Of a stretch of 64,000 nt of DNA, positions 1 to 13,877 are shown piece after piece. Location: positions 61,442,001 through 61,506,000 of the forward strand of contig NC_043003.1 in the NCBI RefSeq assembly GCF_006345805.1. The letters run 5' to 3'. Below the pieces are notes generated by a model. It did not search any database. It had not been told where the DNA came from and was given only the letters and a program-made list of their open reading frames with translations. Each line of letters opens with the position of its first letter. Position 1 is the first letter of the stretch. The stretch is from Octopus sinensis. Taxonomy: Eukaryota. Made by a program: the position numbers and the translations under genes.

Positions 1-59
1 TTTCTCCAGAGACCCTTCAGAGGAACCCCATATTGGCCACATGTACTCACGTTCATACT

Positions 60-300
60 CTTTTGTTTATTACCTTTCAACATTCAAGGCCACAGGAGAG
101 GTTAAGCACAAAAGTGAAATTAGATTCTGATCTTTTACTCTATTCACCTTTCTCACCTGGCATCTTGCCAATGGATTATTACCTTTTGCAGACACTTGAA
201 ACTGATTATACATAATATAAGATTTGTGAATCAAGAAGCCATAGTTGAAACAGTTGAGCAGCTTGTAGTCTCAAATGACAGAGAGTTTCTTTCTTCAACA
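60..300 (+). mobile_element. Decayed mariner transposase C-terminal remnant
   Basis: Translation YSPFSPGILPMDYYLLQTL resembles the mariner motif HPPYSPDLAPSDYHLF; stops and frameshifts follow. Confidence 0.45.
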
Positions 301-3209
301 TCGTGTTGACAAAAGCAATTGAATAAAGATGAAGGATAAAATAAATCTGCTTAATCCCATTTATAATTTGTTTACTTTTTCTTTTAAAATAATAATACTT
401 CATGCGATTCATACTTGTGTGTGTATGAGTGTGTGAAGATGACGAATTTTGTGATAATGTTAATGTCTACCGTCTACCCTAAGTACTTACTAATAGTATG
501 TACCTGCTATATATATGTGCTTGTGTGTATATGTTTGAGTATGTGTCATCATTCTCATCATTTAATGCCCACTTTTCTATACTTGCATGGGCCAGACAGA
601 ATTTGTTTTGAGGCAGATTTTCTATGGCCAGATGCTCTTCTTGCCGCCATCTCTCACCTATATCCATGCAAGATCCTATTTTCCCATGACTAGACATATT
701 CTCAGAGAAAACTGGAAACAAAGGGCACTACTTGTATAACAGTGAAACTCGTTTACAGCTATTACACACTGTCTGGGTAAGGAGACACAATCATAAACAC
801 ATGTGGTATAGTAGCTATAACATCTGCTTCGCACTCAGAAGGTTGTGAGTTCAAACTTTGCCAAAACTGTGTCTTTTGTGTAACCCATGTGAGCATGGAT
901 GTTAAATGATGATGACTTTATATATATATGTGTGTGTGTGTGCGTATGGACAACGGACATTAAATGATGGTGATGATGGGCTTCTTTTAGTTTCCATTTT
1001 CCGTTCACAAGGCTTTAGTTATCCTGGGGTTGTAGAAATCACTTGCCTAAAGCTCCACACCGTGAGATTGAACATAAAACCATGTGGCTGGGGAGCAAAC
1101 TTCTTAGTATAATGTCATGCCTTCTTGTCACCAGCTCTTACCTCTATCCAAGCAAGATGTCAGTACTGGTTCCCTCTATGCTTTACATTAAGCAATAACT
1201 ACTTTCTACTCTGAAAGGAAAATGATTTTGCAGGTATGGCTGTGTGGTAAGAATTCTGCTTCCCAACCACATGGTTCTGAGTTCACTTCCACTGCATAGC
1301 ACTTTGGGGAAGTGCCTTTTACTATAGCCTCAGGCCAGCCACAGCCTTGTGAATGGATTTGGTAAACTGAAAGAAGATCATAAGAAAAAAAGAATCAGTG
1401 ACTTTCAGTCATCTACTATCAACATTCTTTCCTCTTGATGGGATCCAGTTCTGTGATAACAAATAGTGTCTTAAACATTTTCAAACCAGTGGAATCATCC
1501 TTCTCCAGGTCTCTGAATGCAGCTGGTCACATGAAGGAAGAAAGTAAGAAAGAGTGAAAGAAGAAAATCTACCCCTGGTAATTTACTAATCAACCACAAA
1601 AGTATAAAATGTAATTTGGACCATGGCAGGATTTAAACTCAGACACAAAGAAACTAAATGAATGCAACAAGGTACTAAAGCCAATGCTCTAACGACCATA
1701 TTAACATGACCATGCAATATCTTTTAGTATAAAGACCAAAGTTAAATGAAATGAAATGCAATCTGAGAAACACTACGTCCACCAAGCTGGACATTATCTA
1801 ACATCCGTTTTCCATGCAGGCATGGGTTACATGGTTTGACAGAAGCTAGTAAGGCCAAGAGCCACACCAGATTCCATTGTCTGTTCTGGCATGGTTTCTG
1901 TGGCCGAATGCCTTCCCTAACATCAACCACTTTGTAGATTGTACTGGGTGCTCCTTATGTGACACCAGCACTGACAAAATTTAAATGCTTTTCGCCACAG
2001 AAGTTCGCTGATATTTTGATATTTCACACGGCATGAATTAAACCAGCATATTATTTAGAAAATTAGTCTATTTTTTAAGCCAGAACCCATCACTGGTCAA
2101 TGAACAAGGTTTTGCTTCAAGTCAAAAAACAGGTATTAATGTCTTTGTGCATGATTTCTGAACCAAATCAAGGTCAAGCTAGTTTCCTGTCATGTAAAGC
2201 TGGAGTTGAATTTTCTCTCCATGTTTTACATTAAGTAATAACTACTTTCTATTCTGAAAGGAAAATAATCTTGCCAGTATGGCAGTGTGGTAAGAATTTT
2301 GCTTCCCAACCACACGGTACCGAGTTCAGTTCCACTGCATAGCACTTTGGGGAAGTGTCATTTATATAACCTCAGGCCAGCCAAAGCCTTGTGAATGGCT
2401 TTGGTAAACTGAAAGAGGCCCATTGTATGTGTGTGTGTTTATGTGTATGAGTCTGTGTTTATACCCCACCATTGCTTGACAACTGATTTTTGCATCCCCG
2501 TAACTTAGAGGTTTGATAAAAGAGATTGATAGAATAAATACCAAGCTTTAAGGAAAATAAGTACTGGAGTTGATTCATTTGACTAAAAGTTTAAGGCAGT
2601 GCCCCAGCATGGCCACAGTCTGACACAAGTAAAAGACAGAAGATATTAAACATGTTTTACATGATTCAGTGGCCATACTGGTGCACAGCCTTGAAGAATT
2701 TTTTGTCAAATGGATCAACTCCGGGACGTTTTTTAAGTTCAGTACTTGTTCTATTACACACGTTTGGTGAACTACTAAGTTACTGGAACACACCAACACC
2801 AGTTGTCCAGCAGTGGTGAGGGCAAAGACTTACACACACACACATATGTATGTGTGTGTGTATGTGCTTATATACACATACACACACGAGGGGCTGCTTT
2901 CAGTTTGTGTCTACCAAATCCACTCCAGGATTTGGTTGGCTCACAGATATAGCAGAAGACACCTGCCTGAGGTACCATGCAGTGGGACTGAACCTGGAAC
3001 CATGTGGCTGGGATGCAAACTTCTTACCACACAGCCCATCGGCACCAATAGATAATATATTACTTCTTATATTGTCTATTCAGGGTTACATTACTTCTGT
3101 TACTTCAATTTATCCTATATTATTTATTTCTAAGTACTGGACTGTTTCAAATGTACGAAATATCATAACTACACAATACATACTGGACTTTAATTTACTT
3201 AATTTACAC

Positions 3210-3735
3210 CAGTCTGGAAGACATTGACCTCCTGGAAACTGTTCAGAGACATGCAACCAAGCGGACACCCTCCATCGGGCGTCTACCATACTCTGGATGC
3301 CTTGTTTCCTTGGGCACAGATACATTGAAGCGCCGACGTCTGACAACTGACTTGGTGAACATCCACAAAATTATTAACCATCATGCTAATAAGCACCTCA
3401 AGCACCTTTTTGGAGCTCCATGTGTTTAACACTTGTGGGTATGCCTACAAGGTCAGAAAACAGCACAGCTCCATGACTTTCGGAAACATTTTTTCCACAC
3501 TCAGAGTTGCTGAAGCATGGAACTAACTACCTGCATCAGTTGCTGACTGCAGAAACATTGCATCCTTTAAAACCTCCATGCTTCCTGAAATTTGCCAACA
3601 CTACAGGTGATATATTCCTCACCTTCATACACACATGTATATCATGACTCATACACTGTTCACTTTCTTGACTTTTGTACATAATTCTATGTTCTGTACA
3701 TGCACCTTTGATGAGTTGTAGTACACCTGAGCACT
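3210..3735 (+). mobile_element. CR1-group LINE 3' fragment
   Basis: IDLLETVQRHATKR...LKRRRLTTDL...FFTLRVAEAWN*LP matches the CR1 ORF2 C-terminus; the same 3' region recurs on the minus strand near 44790-44940. Confidence 0.7.
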
Positions 3736-3754
3736 ATATTCTTTTATTCTTGTA

Positions 3755-4125
3755 TGCGTTTCAGTCACTTGACTGAGGCCATGCTGGAGCACTGCCTTTA
3801 GCCAAGCAAATCGAACCCAAGACTTATTCTTTGTAAGCCTAGTACTTATTCTATCAGTCACTTTTGCCAACCACTAAGTTACGGGGACATAAACACACCA
3901 GCATCGGTTGTCAAACGATGTTAGGGGGACAAACACAGACACACTAACATATATATATATATATATATACGACGGGCTTCTTTCAGTTTCCATCTACCAA
4001 ATCCACTAACAAGGCTTTGGTTGGCCCGAGGCTATAGTAGAAGACACCTGCCAAAGTGCCACACAGTGGGACTGAACCTGGAACCATGTGGTTGGTAAAC
4101 AAGCTACTTACCACACAGCCACTCC
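3755..4125 (-). mobile_element. SINE family A (tRNA-like head, internal TA/CA microsatellite)
   Basis: Head GGAGTGGCTGTGTGGTAAGTAGCTTG...GGTTCAGTCCC, tail CAGTCAAATGACTGAAACAAG; many near-identical copies in the window. Confidence 0.85.
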
Positions 4126-4675
4126 AGCACCTACATACGAATTTCATTATTATTCCATCATTACTGAAAGGTGACATTTCACTCTGCTGATACTCCAAGA
4201 GTCACATTTAGCAAACTACATGCATAGATCTGTTGACCGTAAATTTTTCTGGATGTCTCTTTATTTGCCACTTTCAGATTAACCACAAACAAATCAATTC
4301 AGCAAATATTTTCTCGGAACTGTATAACAAAAAAGCTTGCTACAACCAAACTATTCTATTAAAAAGTATAAACAGAAACATGATGTGCCATTTGAATGAT
4401 ACCGTATAAGAACAACAGGTCCAAGATAAACAGCATTCGGCAAAATGGAAAAAGGCTAATTTTGAAAAATACTTTACCAAAAAGAAAAAAAAGAAAAGTA
4501 AAATAAAAGTATTTTCTTCATCATTATATTTTATTTATCAACAATAATTTTGGAATGTCAAAAATACATTACATATTATTATAAAATATAATATACCTTA
4601 TAAAAATGTATAATATACGTATATAAAAATAACAGTATTTAAATCAAAAGTAGAGATATCTGGCATTTATTTGAA

Positions 4676-4711
<36 letters not shown>

Positions 4712-5260
4712 CCTTTGTATTATAGGTAAAGGGCCTGAAATTTTGGGGGAAGGTTTGAGTAGATTATATCAGCCCCTGTACTTGACTCCTGTAAATAAGA
4801 AAGGATAAGTCAACCTTGACAGTATTTGAACTCAGAACATAAAAACAGATAAAATGTCGCTAAACATTTCGTTCCTGCTGCTGCTGATTCTGCTAGCTCG
4901 CTGCCTTAATAATAATGATATTAATAATAATGATAATAAAACAATTTAATATAGGCACAAGGCTTCAAATATTATAGGAGTTGTGGGGAAGTGTAGACCC
5001 CCCCATAACAGAAACCCCTCTTGTCACATGACTAGTATGGTATGCACCTTCTCAAACTGCATCTGCGTGAAAGGCAAAAATAAGGCCTAGCAGAATTTCA
5101 AATCTGAATGTAAATAAACACCAATATACCAATTTCATCAAACCCTTACCATTTCCACCAATTTCATCAAACTCATTCAGTTGGTATTACTCCTCCCACC
5201 CCTACCCCCCTGGTTTACATTGTTTATTTTTCACTTTTTTTCTTTTTTGTTTCTTCCTTC

Positions 5261-5365
5261 TTAAAGTGTCCCAATTTTCCTTCTCTCTGTAAACCAGAAT
5301 ACAGCTGAGACTAAAATAACTCCGGCAGCAGTTGAGATACCATAGACATCCATAGGGAAGTGACC
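5261..5365 (-). CDS. ATRAID: ATRAID exon 7 (terminal; transmembrane helix and basic tail)
   Basis: Polypyrimidine tract and CAG acceptor; phase 0; GHFPMDVYGISTAAGVILVSAVFWFTERRKIGTL* parallels human GSFSLLMFFGILGATTLSVSILLWATQRRKAKTS. Confidence 0.92.
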   Translation of the reverse strand, partial: GHFPMDVYGISTAAGVILVSAVFWFTERRKIGTL

Positions 5366-7459
5366 CTGCAATGAAAAACAAAGACAAATTAACTCATTTG
5401 ACACTAGGAAATTAAACCACGAGCTTAATGAGACACAAAAGAAAACATTGAATTCATTAAGACTTCCATTTTTTATTATATTTCTAATGAGTAGACTGCT
5501 TGTGTCTTAAATTAATTAACAATATAAACTAGACTGTCACTTTACTATCATCATTTTAACACCCACTTTATCAGGCTTGCACAAGTCAGATGGAATTTAT
5601 TAAGGGAGATTTTCTACAGCTGGATGCTCTTCCTGTCAGTAACCCTCACTGGTTTTCATTCCCCCATGGCCAAACATATTTTCATGGAAGGCTGGAAATG
5701 GATGACACTGCTTTATAAAGCTGTCCTCGTCCATATGCATCGCAAGTCCATAACCAGTGCAGTGTTTTTTCTTGCACACAGCATCTGATTCCCCTTAATC
5801 CCAGCTTTCCAATCAGTACCTTTCTACTATGTCTTTCATGAACATCCAACAGAGTATGCTTGCTTCATGTTTGTTTTTATGACCATTTTCTCGTATTGGT
5901 ATGGGTTAGAGAAGTACTTTATTGAGGTATTGTTTTGTAGTTAAATGCCCTTCCTGTCACTAACCTTTACTTGTTTTCCATATAAGGGATATTTTATTCC
6001 ACATGTCTTTGAAGGGGCAAAGTCAGTATAGGGTTCACTGATGGGAAATGGCAACAATGTCATCACTAGTAGCTCAATGAGCCATGGAGGAATGCAAGTG
6101 TAAATAGACACAATATACACATATATAAACATACATATAAACATGCACACACACTCACATATGTATATATATATATATATATATATAAACATGTAAAAAG
6201 CACCCACTACACTCTCGGAGTGGTTGGCACTAGGAAGGACATCCAGCTATAGAAACACTGCTAGATCAGATTGGGGCCTGGTGCAGCCTCTTGGCTTCCC
6301 AGACCCCAATCGAACTGTCCAACCCATGCCAGCATGGAAAACGGATGTTAAACGATGATGAGGATGACACACACACACATTCTCATTTAACATCCATTTT
6401 CCATGGTGGCATAGGTATAAAGATACACACACACAAACATACACGCACACAAACATACACACACACATACATATATATACAAAAGCAGGCACACACACAT
6501 ATCATCGTTTAACATATTTTCCATGCTGGCATGAGTATAAACATACACACACACACACACATATATACTTTTTGCTCGTTTCAGTCATTTGACTGCAGCC
6601 ATACTGGAGCACCACCATGAAGGGTTTTAGTCAAACAAATTAACCCCAGGACTTATTTTTGTTAAAGCCAGGTAACTATTCTATTAGTCTCTTTTGTTGA
6701 ACCACTAGGTTATGGGGAAGTAAACACAGACACAAAGGCGCGCACACACGCACAGTCGTCGTCGTTTATGTAAATATGTATTACAGGCTTCTTTCAGTTT
6801 CCATCTACCTTAGCCACTCACAAGGCTTTGATCAGCCTGAAGCTATAGTAGAAGATATTTGCTCAAGGTGTCACACAGTGGGACTGAACCTAGAACCATG
6901 TGGCTGGAGAGTTTTCTTACCATACAGCCACGCCTGTGCCTGAAAACTGAGTCCAAAAATAATTGTTGTGCTTTGCAATCCTGTAGGTTCAAGTTCTGTC
7001 CCACTGTACATCACCTTGGACCTGTGTCTTTTACTATAGCCCCAGGCTGACCAATTCATGGTGAGTGAATTTGGTAGCTGGAAACTGTGTGGATGTCTAT
7101 TGTGTATATACATACATATACATACATGTATGTATATATGTGTGTGTGTCTTTGTACTCTGCTACCATTTGACAACTGGTGTTGGTTTGTTAACATCCCC
7201 ATAAGTCAGTGGTTCGTGTAAAAAGTGAGATGGAATTAGTACCAGGGCCGATTTTGTTCAACTAAACCATTAAAGCAGTGCTCCAGCCTGGCCACAGTCC
7301 AATGAATGAAACAAAAAAAATCAAAGATAACTTAAATTTCCTTCTTAGCGGGAGAACAAAAAAAAAAAATAAAATAAACCCTGGAGGCAATAGTTATAAA
7401 CTCTGAAAGAGAAGGGGAGATAATTTGAAGAAATTCGGAAACAAACTCTCAATGTTAGT

Positions 7460-8330
7460 TCATTATCATCATCATCATCATCGTTTAACGTCCGTTCTCC
7501 ATGCTAGCATGGGTTGGACGGTTCGACCGGGGATCTGGGAAGCCAGAAGGCTGCACCAGGCTCCAGTCTTATCTGGCAATGTTTCTACAGCTGGATGCCC
7601 TTCCTAACGCCAACCATTCCGTGAGAGTAGTGGGTGCTTTTTACGTGCCACCTGCACAGGTGCCAGGCGAGGCTGGCAACGGCCACGGTCGGATTGGTGT
7701 ATTTTACGTGCCACCGGCACGGAAGCCAGTCGAGGCGGCGCTGGCATCGGCCACGAGTCGGATAGTGCTTTTTACGTACCACCAGACCAGGGATCCTGGC
7801 TGGTTCAATTCGATTTGCTTGCCCCAACATGTCTTCACAAGCAAAGGGGGTTGGCATGGGTGCCTGTCGTCGGATGAGGTTCTATATCGACTTCGCTTGC
7901 CTCAACAGGTCTTTGTGTCCAAGGGAGGAAAGGCATGCATAAGTGGGCTGGGCTCACTTGTCCTGCCTGGTCTTCTCACGTACAGCATATTTCCAAAGGT
8001 CTCGGTCGCTAGTCATTTCCTCAGTGAGGCCTAAAGTTCGAAGGTCGTGCTTCACCACCTCGTCCCAGGTTTTCCTGGGTCTACCTCTTCCACGGGTTCC
8101 CTCAACTGCTAGGGATTGGCACTTTCTCACACACCTATCTTCATCCATTCTCGCCACATGACCATACCAGTGCAATCGTCTCTCTTGCACACCACAACTG
8201 ATGCTTCTTAGGTACAACATTTCTCTCAAGGTACTAACGCTCTGTCGAGTATGTACACTGACGTTACACATCCATCGGAGCATACTGGCTTCATTCCGCA
8301 CGAGCTTACGCATGTCCTCATCTTTTATAT
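7460..8330 (-). mobile_element. RTE-clade LINE, 5'-truncated, with 3' UTR and (GAT)n tail
   Basis: ORF 7954-8343 has ERRLHWYGHVARM...GRGRPRKTW...DRDLWK (RTE C-terminus), followed by the family-D terminal sequence. Confidence 0.9.
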
Positions 8331-8513
8331 CAGTGGCTCTCAACCATTTTTAGTCTGTGGACCATTTTGATTCTTATAACTAAATATTATTAAGAATTGT
8401 ACGAAGTGGAAAAATTGTTAAAATATTTTGTGTATTGTAAGAGTATAACCAGTTTATTGCACGTAAATATTTTAACAACAAAACCTTATATGGACTCCAG
8501 TTGAGAACCACTG
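8331..8513. mobile_element. hAT (Charlie-like) MITE
   Basis: Termini CAGTGGCTCTCAAC / GTTGAGAACCACTG; no target-site duplication visible. Confidence 0.65.
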
Positions 8514-8879
8514 CTGTAGATAGGGAAAAAAAAAAAGACTGAAGGTGTTTGACCTAGTGGTCAGTTTATGACCATAAGATTGAGAGTTCAATTCTTGGAT
8601 AAGGTACTGTGTTGTCCTCTGACCAAGACTCTTAATTTCACCTTGTTCCAGTTTAATTAGCTGTTGTACAGCAAGGGTGCTTGTACAACCCACTCTCATA
8701 ACCTACATGTTCCAACTGGATCAAGAGCAAAGTGGCTGAGAGGACGTTCGAATCTTCTCTCAGCTACATAAGAACCAAAAACAATTAGTAAAATCATGGT
8801 TCGTATTACCAAGACATACTTGCTCACAGTTGAGGACTGGTTGTACTATTTCTGTTTGGTCTTTCTTTTTGACTAGATA

Positions 8880-8925
8880 CAACTATAGACACGTTTCAGT
8901 CTATTAAACCTCATCATCATACCAG
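8880..8925 (-). ncRNA. Degenerate minimal hammerhead-like motif
   Basis: ATGATGA-GGTTTAATAGACT-GAAA-CGTG-TC; C3 replaced by A; homologous to the motif at 60593-60639. Confidence 0.35.
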
Positions 8926-9477
8926 AGTTTAACCAAACCTACCAATAAATTTTTCTATAAAAATTATGAAAATTCATAAATCGGTCATATGAGTTATTTC
9001 CCTTAGCTTATCTTATTTCCAATATAAGCAACATTTGTTCAGAATTTCTTTTATTCTTTTACTTGTTTCAGTCATTTGACTGCGGCCATGCTGGAGCACC
9101 GCCTTTAGTCGAACAAATCGATGCCAGAACCTAGTCTTTGCAAGTCTAGTACTTATTTGTACTGATGCTGGTGTGTTTACGTCCCCGTAACTTAGCGGTT
9201 CGGCAAAAGAGACCAACAGAATAAGTACTAGGCTTCCAAAGAATAAGTCCTGGGGTCGATTTAAGACGGTGCCCCAGCATGGCCGTAGTCAAATGACTGA
9301 AAAAAGTAAAAGTAAAAAGAGTAATGAGTGTCACTTAAGCCACTGATTCAATGAGTGAAGTGTAAGGAGGAAGGGAGAAATGCAGGGTCACAAGGCAAAT
9401 TGAAGCAAGACACACACAAAAGTGTTTTACAAGAACACAAACGAGAAAGGAAATGATTTCAATACTGATATACGTAC

Positions 9478-9575
9478 AGTTCTTTTGCATTTATAGCCAT
9501 AATAACCTGGATCACAATGGCATTCGGCATAACCTGGTCCTCCTTTTGTGCAGTTAGAGTTTAAGGGACAACTTA
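9478..9575 (-). CDS. ATRAID: ATRAID exon 6 (EGF-like domain)
   Basis: ttttcag acceptor and GTACGT donor; (L)SCPLNSNCTKGGPGYAECHCDPGYYGYKCKRT parallels human CPENGSCVPDGPGLLQCVCADGFHGYKCMRQ; 98 nt, phases 1/0. Confidence 0.95.
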
Positions 9576-10449
9576 CTGAAAATTAAAAAGAAAGCAAGAA
9601 ATCAATAAATAGTAGGGTAAGCAATCCCTCGCCATCAAATTACATCAGAATTCATATATGAAACTGCCCACTTGTAGATTAAAGTTACTGACCCCCTACC
9701 ATGGGTCGACCCCGAATGAGCAGATTTACAATCAAAACACTTCAGTGAATAACTATCACGTTTTTATTTCTAGACTACATTATCTAACGTGCTCTTCTAC
9801 TTTTCAAGATGTGGAGTATGGTTTGCGAGAACTTTAGCTGCAATTTCTAGCAGATTACAAAAAAAAAAAAACTACGTTTGTATGCATGCTACCTGAATTT
9901 GTAAAATTAAAGATTCATCATTTTTTTCAGCACAGATATGATTCTAACAGGTTTTATGCAACTTTAATTTGCCCTATTCTTAAACAGGTTCTCTATTTAT
10001 GCATTAGAAAATAACAATCCTGAAACAATTACATACACACACACACCATCATTTTCATTTCCACTTTTCCATGATTGCATGGATCAGACTGAATTTACTG
10101 ATGCTCATTTTCTACAGCTGGATGCCCTTCACGCTAGCCCTCAACTGTTTCCAAGGAAGGTAAAATTTTTCTCTAAGACCAGATATGTTTTCACAGATGA
10201 TTGGAAATGAAGGACACTGCTTGTATGACGGTGACACTTGTTTACAACTATACAGCAAGGAGACAGTATCTCACAGACACACACACACATCAGTCGAATA
10301 AAGTTAAAACATGGTCTGGTTTCCATATTTTTTTTTTAAATACCATGCTAAAAAAACCTGAAATTCAGACAATGTTTTAAAATTATTCAACTGATATATT
10401 ATTCTATACACATTTACACAAATTCGGAAAAAATATATATATATTTTTG

Positions 10450-10750
10450 CTTTGTTTGTTCCTTCTCGAGCCACGCCTGGCTCATTGGGGCCAGTTTCCC
10501 AGTTTCCTTGGCGTATAGGTTCCCCACCTGGACAGGACGCCAGTCTGACACAGGTGAGCTGCAAGATGCAGGAGGAAAGAGTGAGAGAAAGTTGTGGCGA
10601 AAGTGTCAGCAGAAGTTCGCCATTACCTTCTGCCGGAGCCACATGGAGCTTAGATATTTCACTCATAAACACACACATCACCTGTCTAAGATTCAAACGT
10701 ACCATCCCTCGACTGCGAGTCCGCTGCTCTAGCCACTAGACCATGTGCCT
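10450..10750 (-). mobile_element. SINE family C, tail variant C2
   Basis: tRNA-like head GGAGGCACATGGTCTAGTGGCTAGAGCAGCGGACTCGC; same body as 38930 and same tail type as 50470. Confidence 0.75.
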
Positions 10751-10999
10751 CCACACGCACACACATATATATATACATATATATATATATACTAACATAC
10801 ACAGAGGACAGGCTTCTTTCAGTTTCCATGTATCAAATTCACTCACAAAGCTTTGGTCAGCCTGGGGCTGTAGAAGACACTTGACCATCTCATATATGAG
10901 GCTAATCAGCAAATTTAGAGACTGAGGAAAATAAATAATATTTGCAACTGAATTTCAATTAGCTTTTGTCAATATATTTAAAACAAACATTCCTTATTT

Positions 11000-11400
11000 C
11001 ATTTTCCTTCATATAAATGGATTGAGCTGGAGGAAAGGGTCCTCGGAGAACAGAGAGACTGATGACCATCGTGGTTAATGTTCATTGTGCAAGAAAACAT
11101 GTACACTGTAAAAATTCTAGAAAAGTGATGTCCAAGGAAAGAAGGACTGGAGGGGCTGATCGGTGGATAGACAAGTGATTTGGGTGTTCTTGGATAGAAG
11201 TGGAACAAGACTAACCAGTTTCAAGCAGTAACAAATGTGGAAAGAGAGGAAATAGGACATCTGTGAATCAGGGGCTGATGAAGGACTCCATGTCAGTCTG
11301 CCAAGTGGTTGGCCACTGGACACAGTCACTGAGGACCATGAAGAAACTCTAGAGAAGGTAAGTAGTTGTTGGTCTCTGAAGAAGAAAGCCAGCTTTTGTG
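11000..11400 (-). mobile_element. Old LINE ORF2 C-terminal remnant (Jockey/CR1 group)
   Basis: CYCLKLVSLVPLL...FPWTSLF...HVF resembles the remnant at 31770-32180. Confidence 0.35.
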
Positions 11401-12508
11401 ATGCAGGGTCATCATCATCATCGATTAACGTCCGCTTTCCATGCTGGCATGGGTTGGACGGTTCAACTGGGGTCTGGGAAGCCCGAAGGCTGCACCAGGC
11501 CCAGTCAGATCTGGCAGTGTTTCTACAGCTGGATGCCCTTCCTAATGCCAACCACTCCGTGAATTTAGTGGGTGCTTTTTACATGCCACCGACACAGATG
11601 CCAGATGAGGCTGGCGAACGGCCACGCTCGAATGGTGCTTTTTACGTGCCACCGGGACGGAGGCCAGGCGATGCGGCGCTGGCTACGGCCACGTTCAGAT
11701 GGTTCACTTACGTGCCACCGGCACTGGTATCACAACTACAAATTCCATTGATGTTGATCGATTTTGATTTTCACTTGCCTCAACAGGTCTTCACAAGTAG
11801 AGTTTTGTGAAATCAAATCTAATTACTCAAAGGCAATTCTCCTTCACCATTCACTGGTATTAATTGCCAATCCGTTTATGCTATTTTGATAAATAAGGAA
11901 AAGAAGGAACTACAATATGGTATGTCAATTTTTTAGAAATAATAGTGAAATTATCCCAAATCACAGACTATTATCTCAAAAAGGGAAGATGTGTATCCAG
12001 GTTAATGTAGACCTGGATAGGCTATGATTGAACCAATGGTTGTGAATCTTGCCACTAAGAAACTCTATTATTTAAATGAAAATTGAACAGTTTGCATCTT
12101 CAATAAGTTGATTTTATTAACACCAAACTCATTTTCCCAATTTCTTCTCTCATTTGAAATATTTGAGTAACTGAATAACTAAATGTAACTGAGTAATTAC
12201 ATATTTTCAACTGCAGCCTTTTGAAATTATCTTAAACAGTTCACAAAGCCTCAAGGTACAACCTACAGTCTACAGCTCAATGTTGGGAACAGATGACTTT
12301 ATCAAAGATGAGGTAATGATGGCCTAATGGTCTTCATTCACAGATCTACTTGATCAAGATTCACCTGAAGCCACACAAATTATACAGATCCACACATCAC
12401 ACCTGAAAGTATTTTAGTTTCTATCAATCTATATATCATCATCATCATTGGGACATCTCTTTTCCCTGCTTGCATGGGGTCAAATAGTTTTATTGTGACA
12501 GATTTTCT

Positions 12509-13040
12509 GTTAAGTTAAGTTAATTTTTGGGCTCAAAAAGCAAAAAGCAAGGCCATGTAGGGGGACATGGAGTTATGTACAGGGTGGTGTTCATGCAAAG
12601 AGTTCAGGCCATTTCTGGTCAAGAGAGACTTTGAACCGAGCGGTCGTCGGCATCTTCACTATCTCGTCCGGCAGCTTATTCCACGGATCCACAACCTGGA
12701 CGGAGAAAACCCCTCTCCTTCGATTGAGATGAAATCGTTGCAGATAGAGCTTTTCGGAGTGACCTCACAGCCGACACTCTGGAGCAGGAGTGAAGAACAG
12801 CTCTTTCGAGAGGTTACACTTTCCGCTTATGATGTTGTGAGCAAGAATGAGATCACCACAGCGGCGGCGTTTTTCTAGAGAATAAAGGTCGAGCGTCTTC
12901 AGCCTTTCTTCATAAGACAAATGCTTGAGACCAAGAACCATGCGGGTAGCCAGCTTCTGGACTCTTTCAAGATGATGTATGTCTTTGAGGAGATAAGGAG
13001 AAGAGACTTGAATCCCGTACTCCAATATGGGTCTCACCAG
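12509..13040 (-). mobile_element. CR1-clade LINE 3' fragment with (TTAAC)n tail
   Basis: RPILEYGIQVSSPYLLKDIHHLERVQKLATRMV...LYSLEKRRRCGDLI...RGHSEKL...WNKLP. Confidence 0.9.
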
Positions 13041-13673
13041 CGAAGTGGTCTGGTACCTTTCCTGTCACTAACCCTGACCTGTTTCCAAGCAAACTAATAT
13101 TACCCCATGTCAAACATGTTTTTGCAGAATATTAAAAAGGAATGACACTACTCCTATAGCAGTGACACTCATTTATAACTATCACACAATGTCAAGACAA
13201 AGGGACACACAAAAACATAGAAATATTTATCATCATCATCAGTTAGCATCTGCTTTGCATGCTAGCATAAGTTGGACAGTTTGACAGGAGTTGATAAGGT
13301 TGTGGGCCACACCAGGCTCCATTGTCTGTTTTGGCATGGTTTCTACAGCTGGATGCCCTTCCTAAAGCCAAACACTTACACGGCTTTTTTCAGTTACCAT
13401 CTACCATATTCATTCACATGGCTTCGTGCAAAACAAAAGCTAAACTACTGGAGTCACAGACTACATATCTATAAATTCAAAACACACATAGCAAGACTTG
13501 CTTTATTCCAAGGCGAAACGCATATCAGCTTCTTTCAGGCAATTTAACACAAACGAAATTTGACACTTTTACTTCGCACATGAATGATTAACAGTACTTT
13601 GGTAATCCAAAGCCTTCATGCTTGGGAAGAAAAGAGGAAATTAAAGTAGGTGGGGAAAAAATTGATTCCTTAC

Positions 13674-13792
13674 AATTGTAAAATATACAGGTATTAACTT
13701 GGTCCATGCATTCAACATAATCTGCATGTACTGTAATATTATCCCACATGTCAGCACCACCAGGGCAGGAACTGTTGATATTTGGAAGAGAT
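13674..13792 (-). CDS. ATRAID: ATRAID exon 5
   Basis: AAG acceptor after a T-rich tract, GTAAGG donor; SLPNINSSCPGGADMWDNITVHADYVECMDQVNTCIFYN parallels human ILPQHVNCPGGINAWNTI...CQGQKNLCN; 119 nt, phases 2/1. Confidence 0.93.
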
Positions 13793-13877
13793 CTTCAGAA
13801 GTAAAACAAAAAAAAAAGAAAATATTAATAATTAATTATATCATGATAATTTCGAAGAAAAACGTTAAAAATCATGA

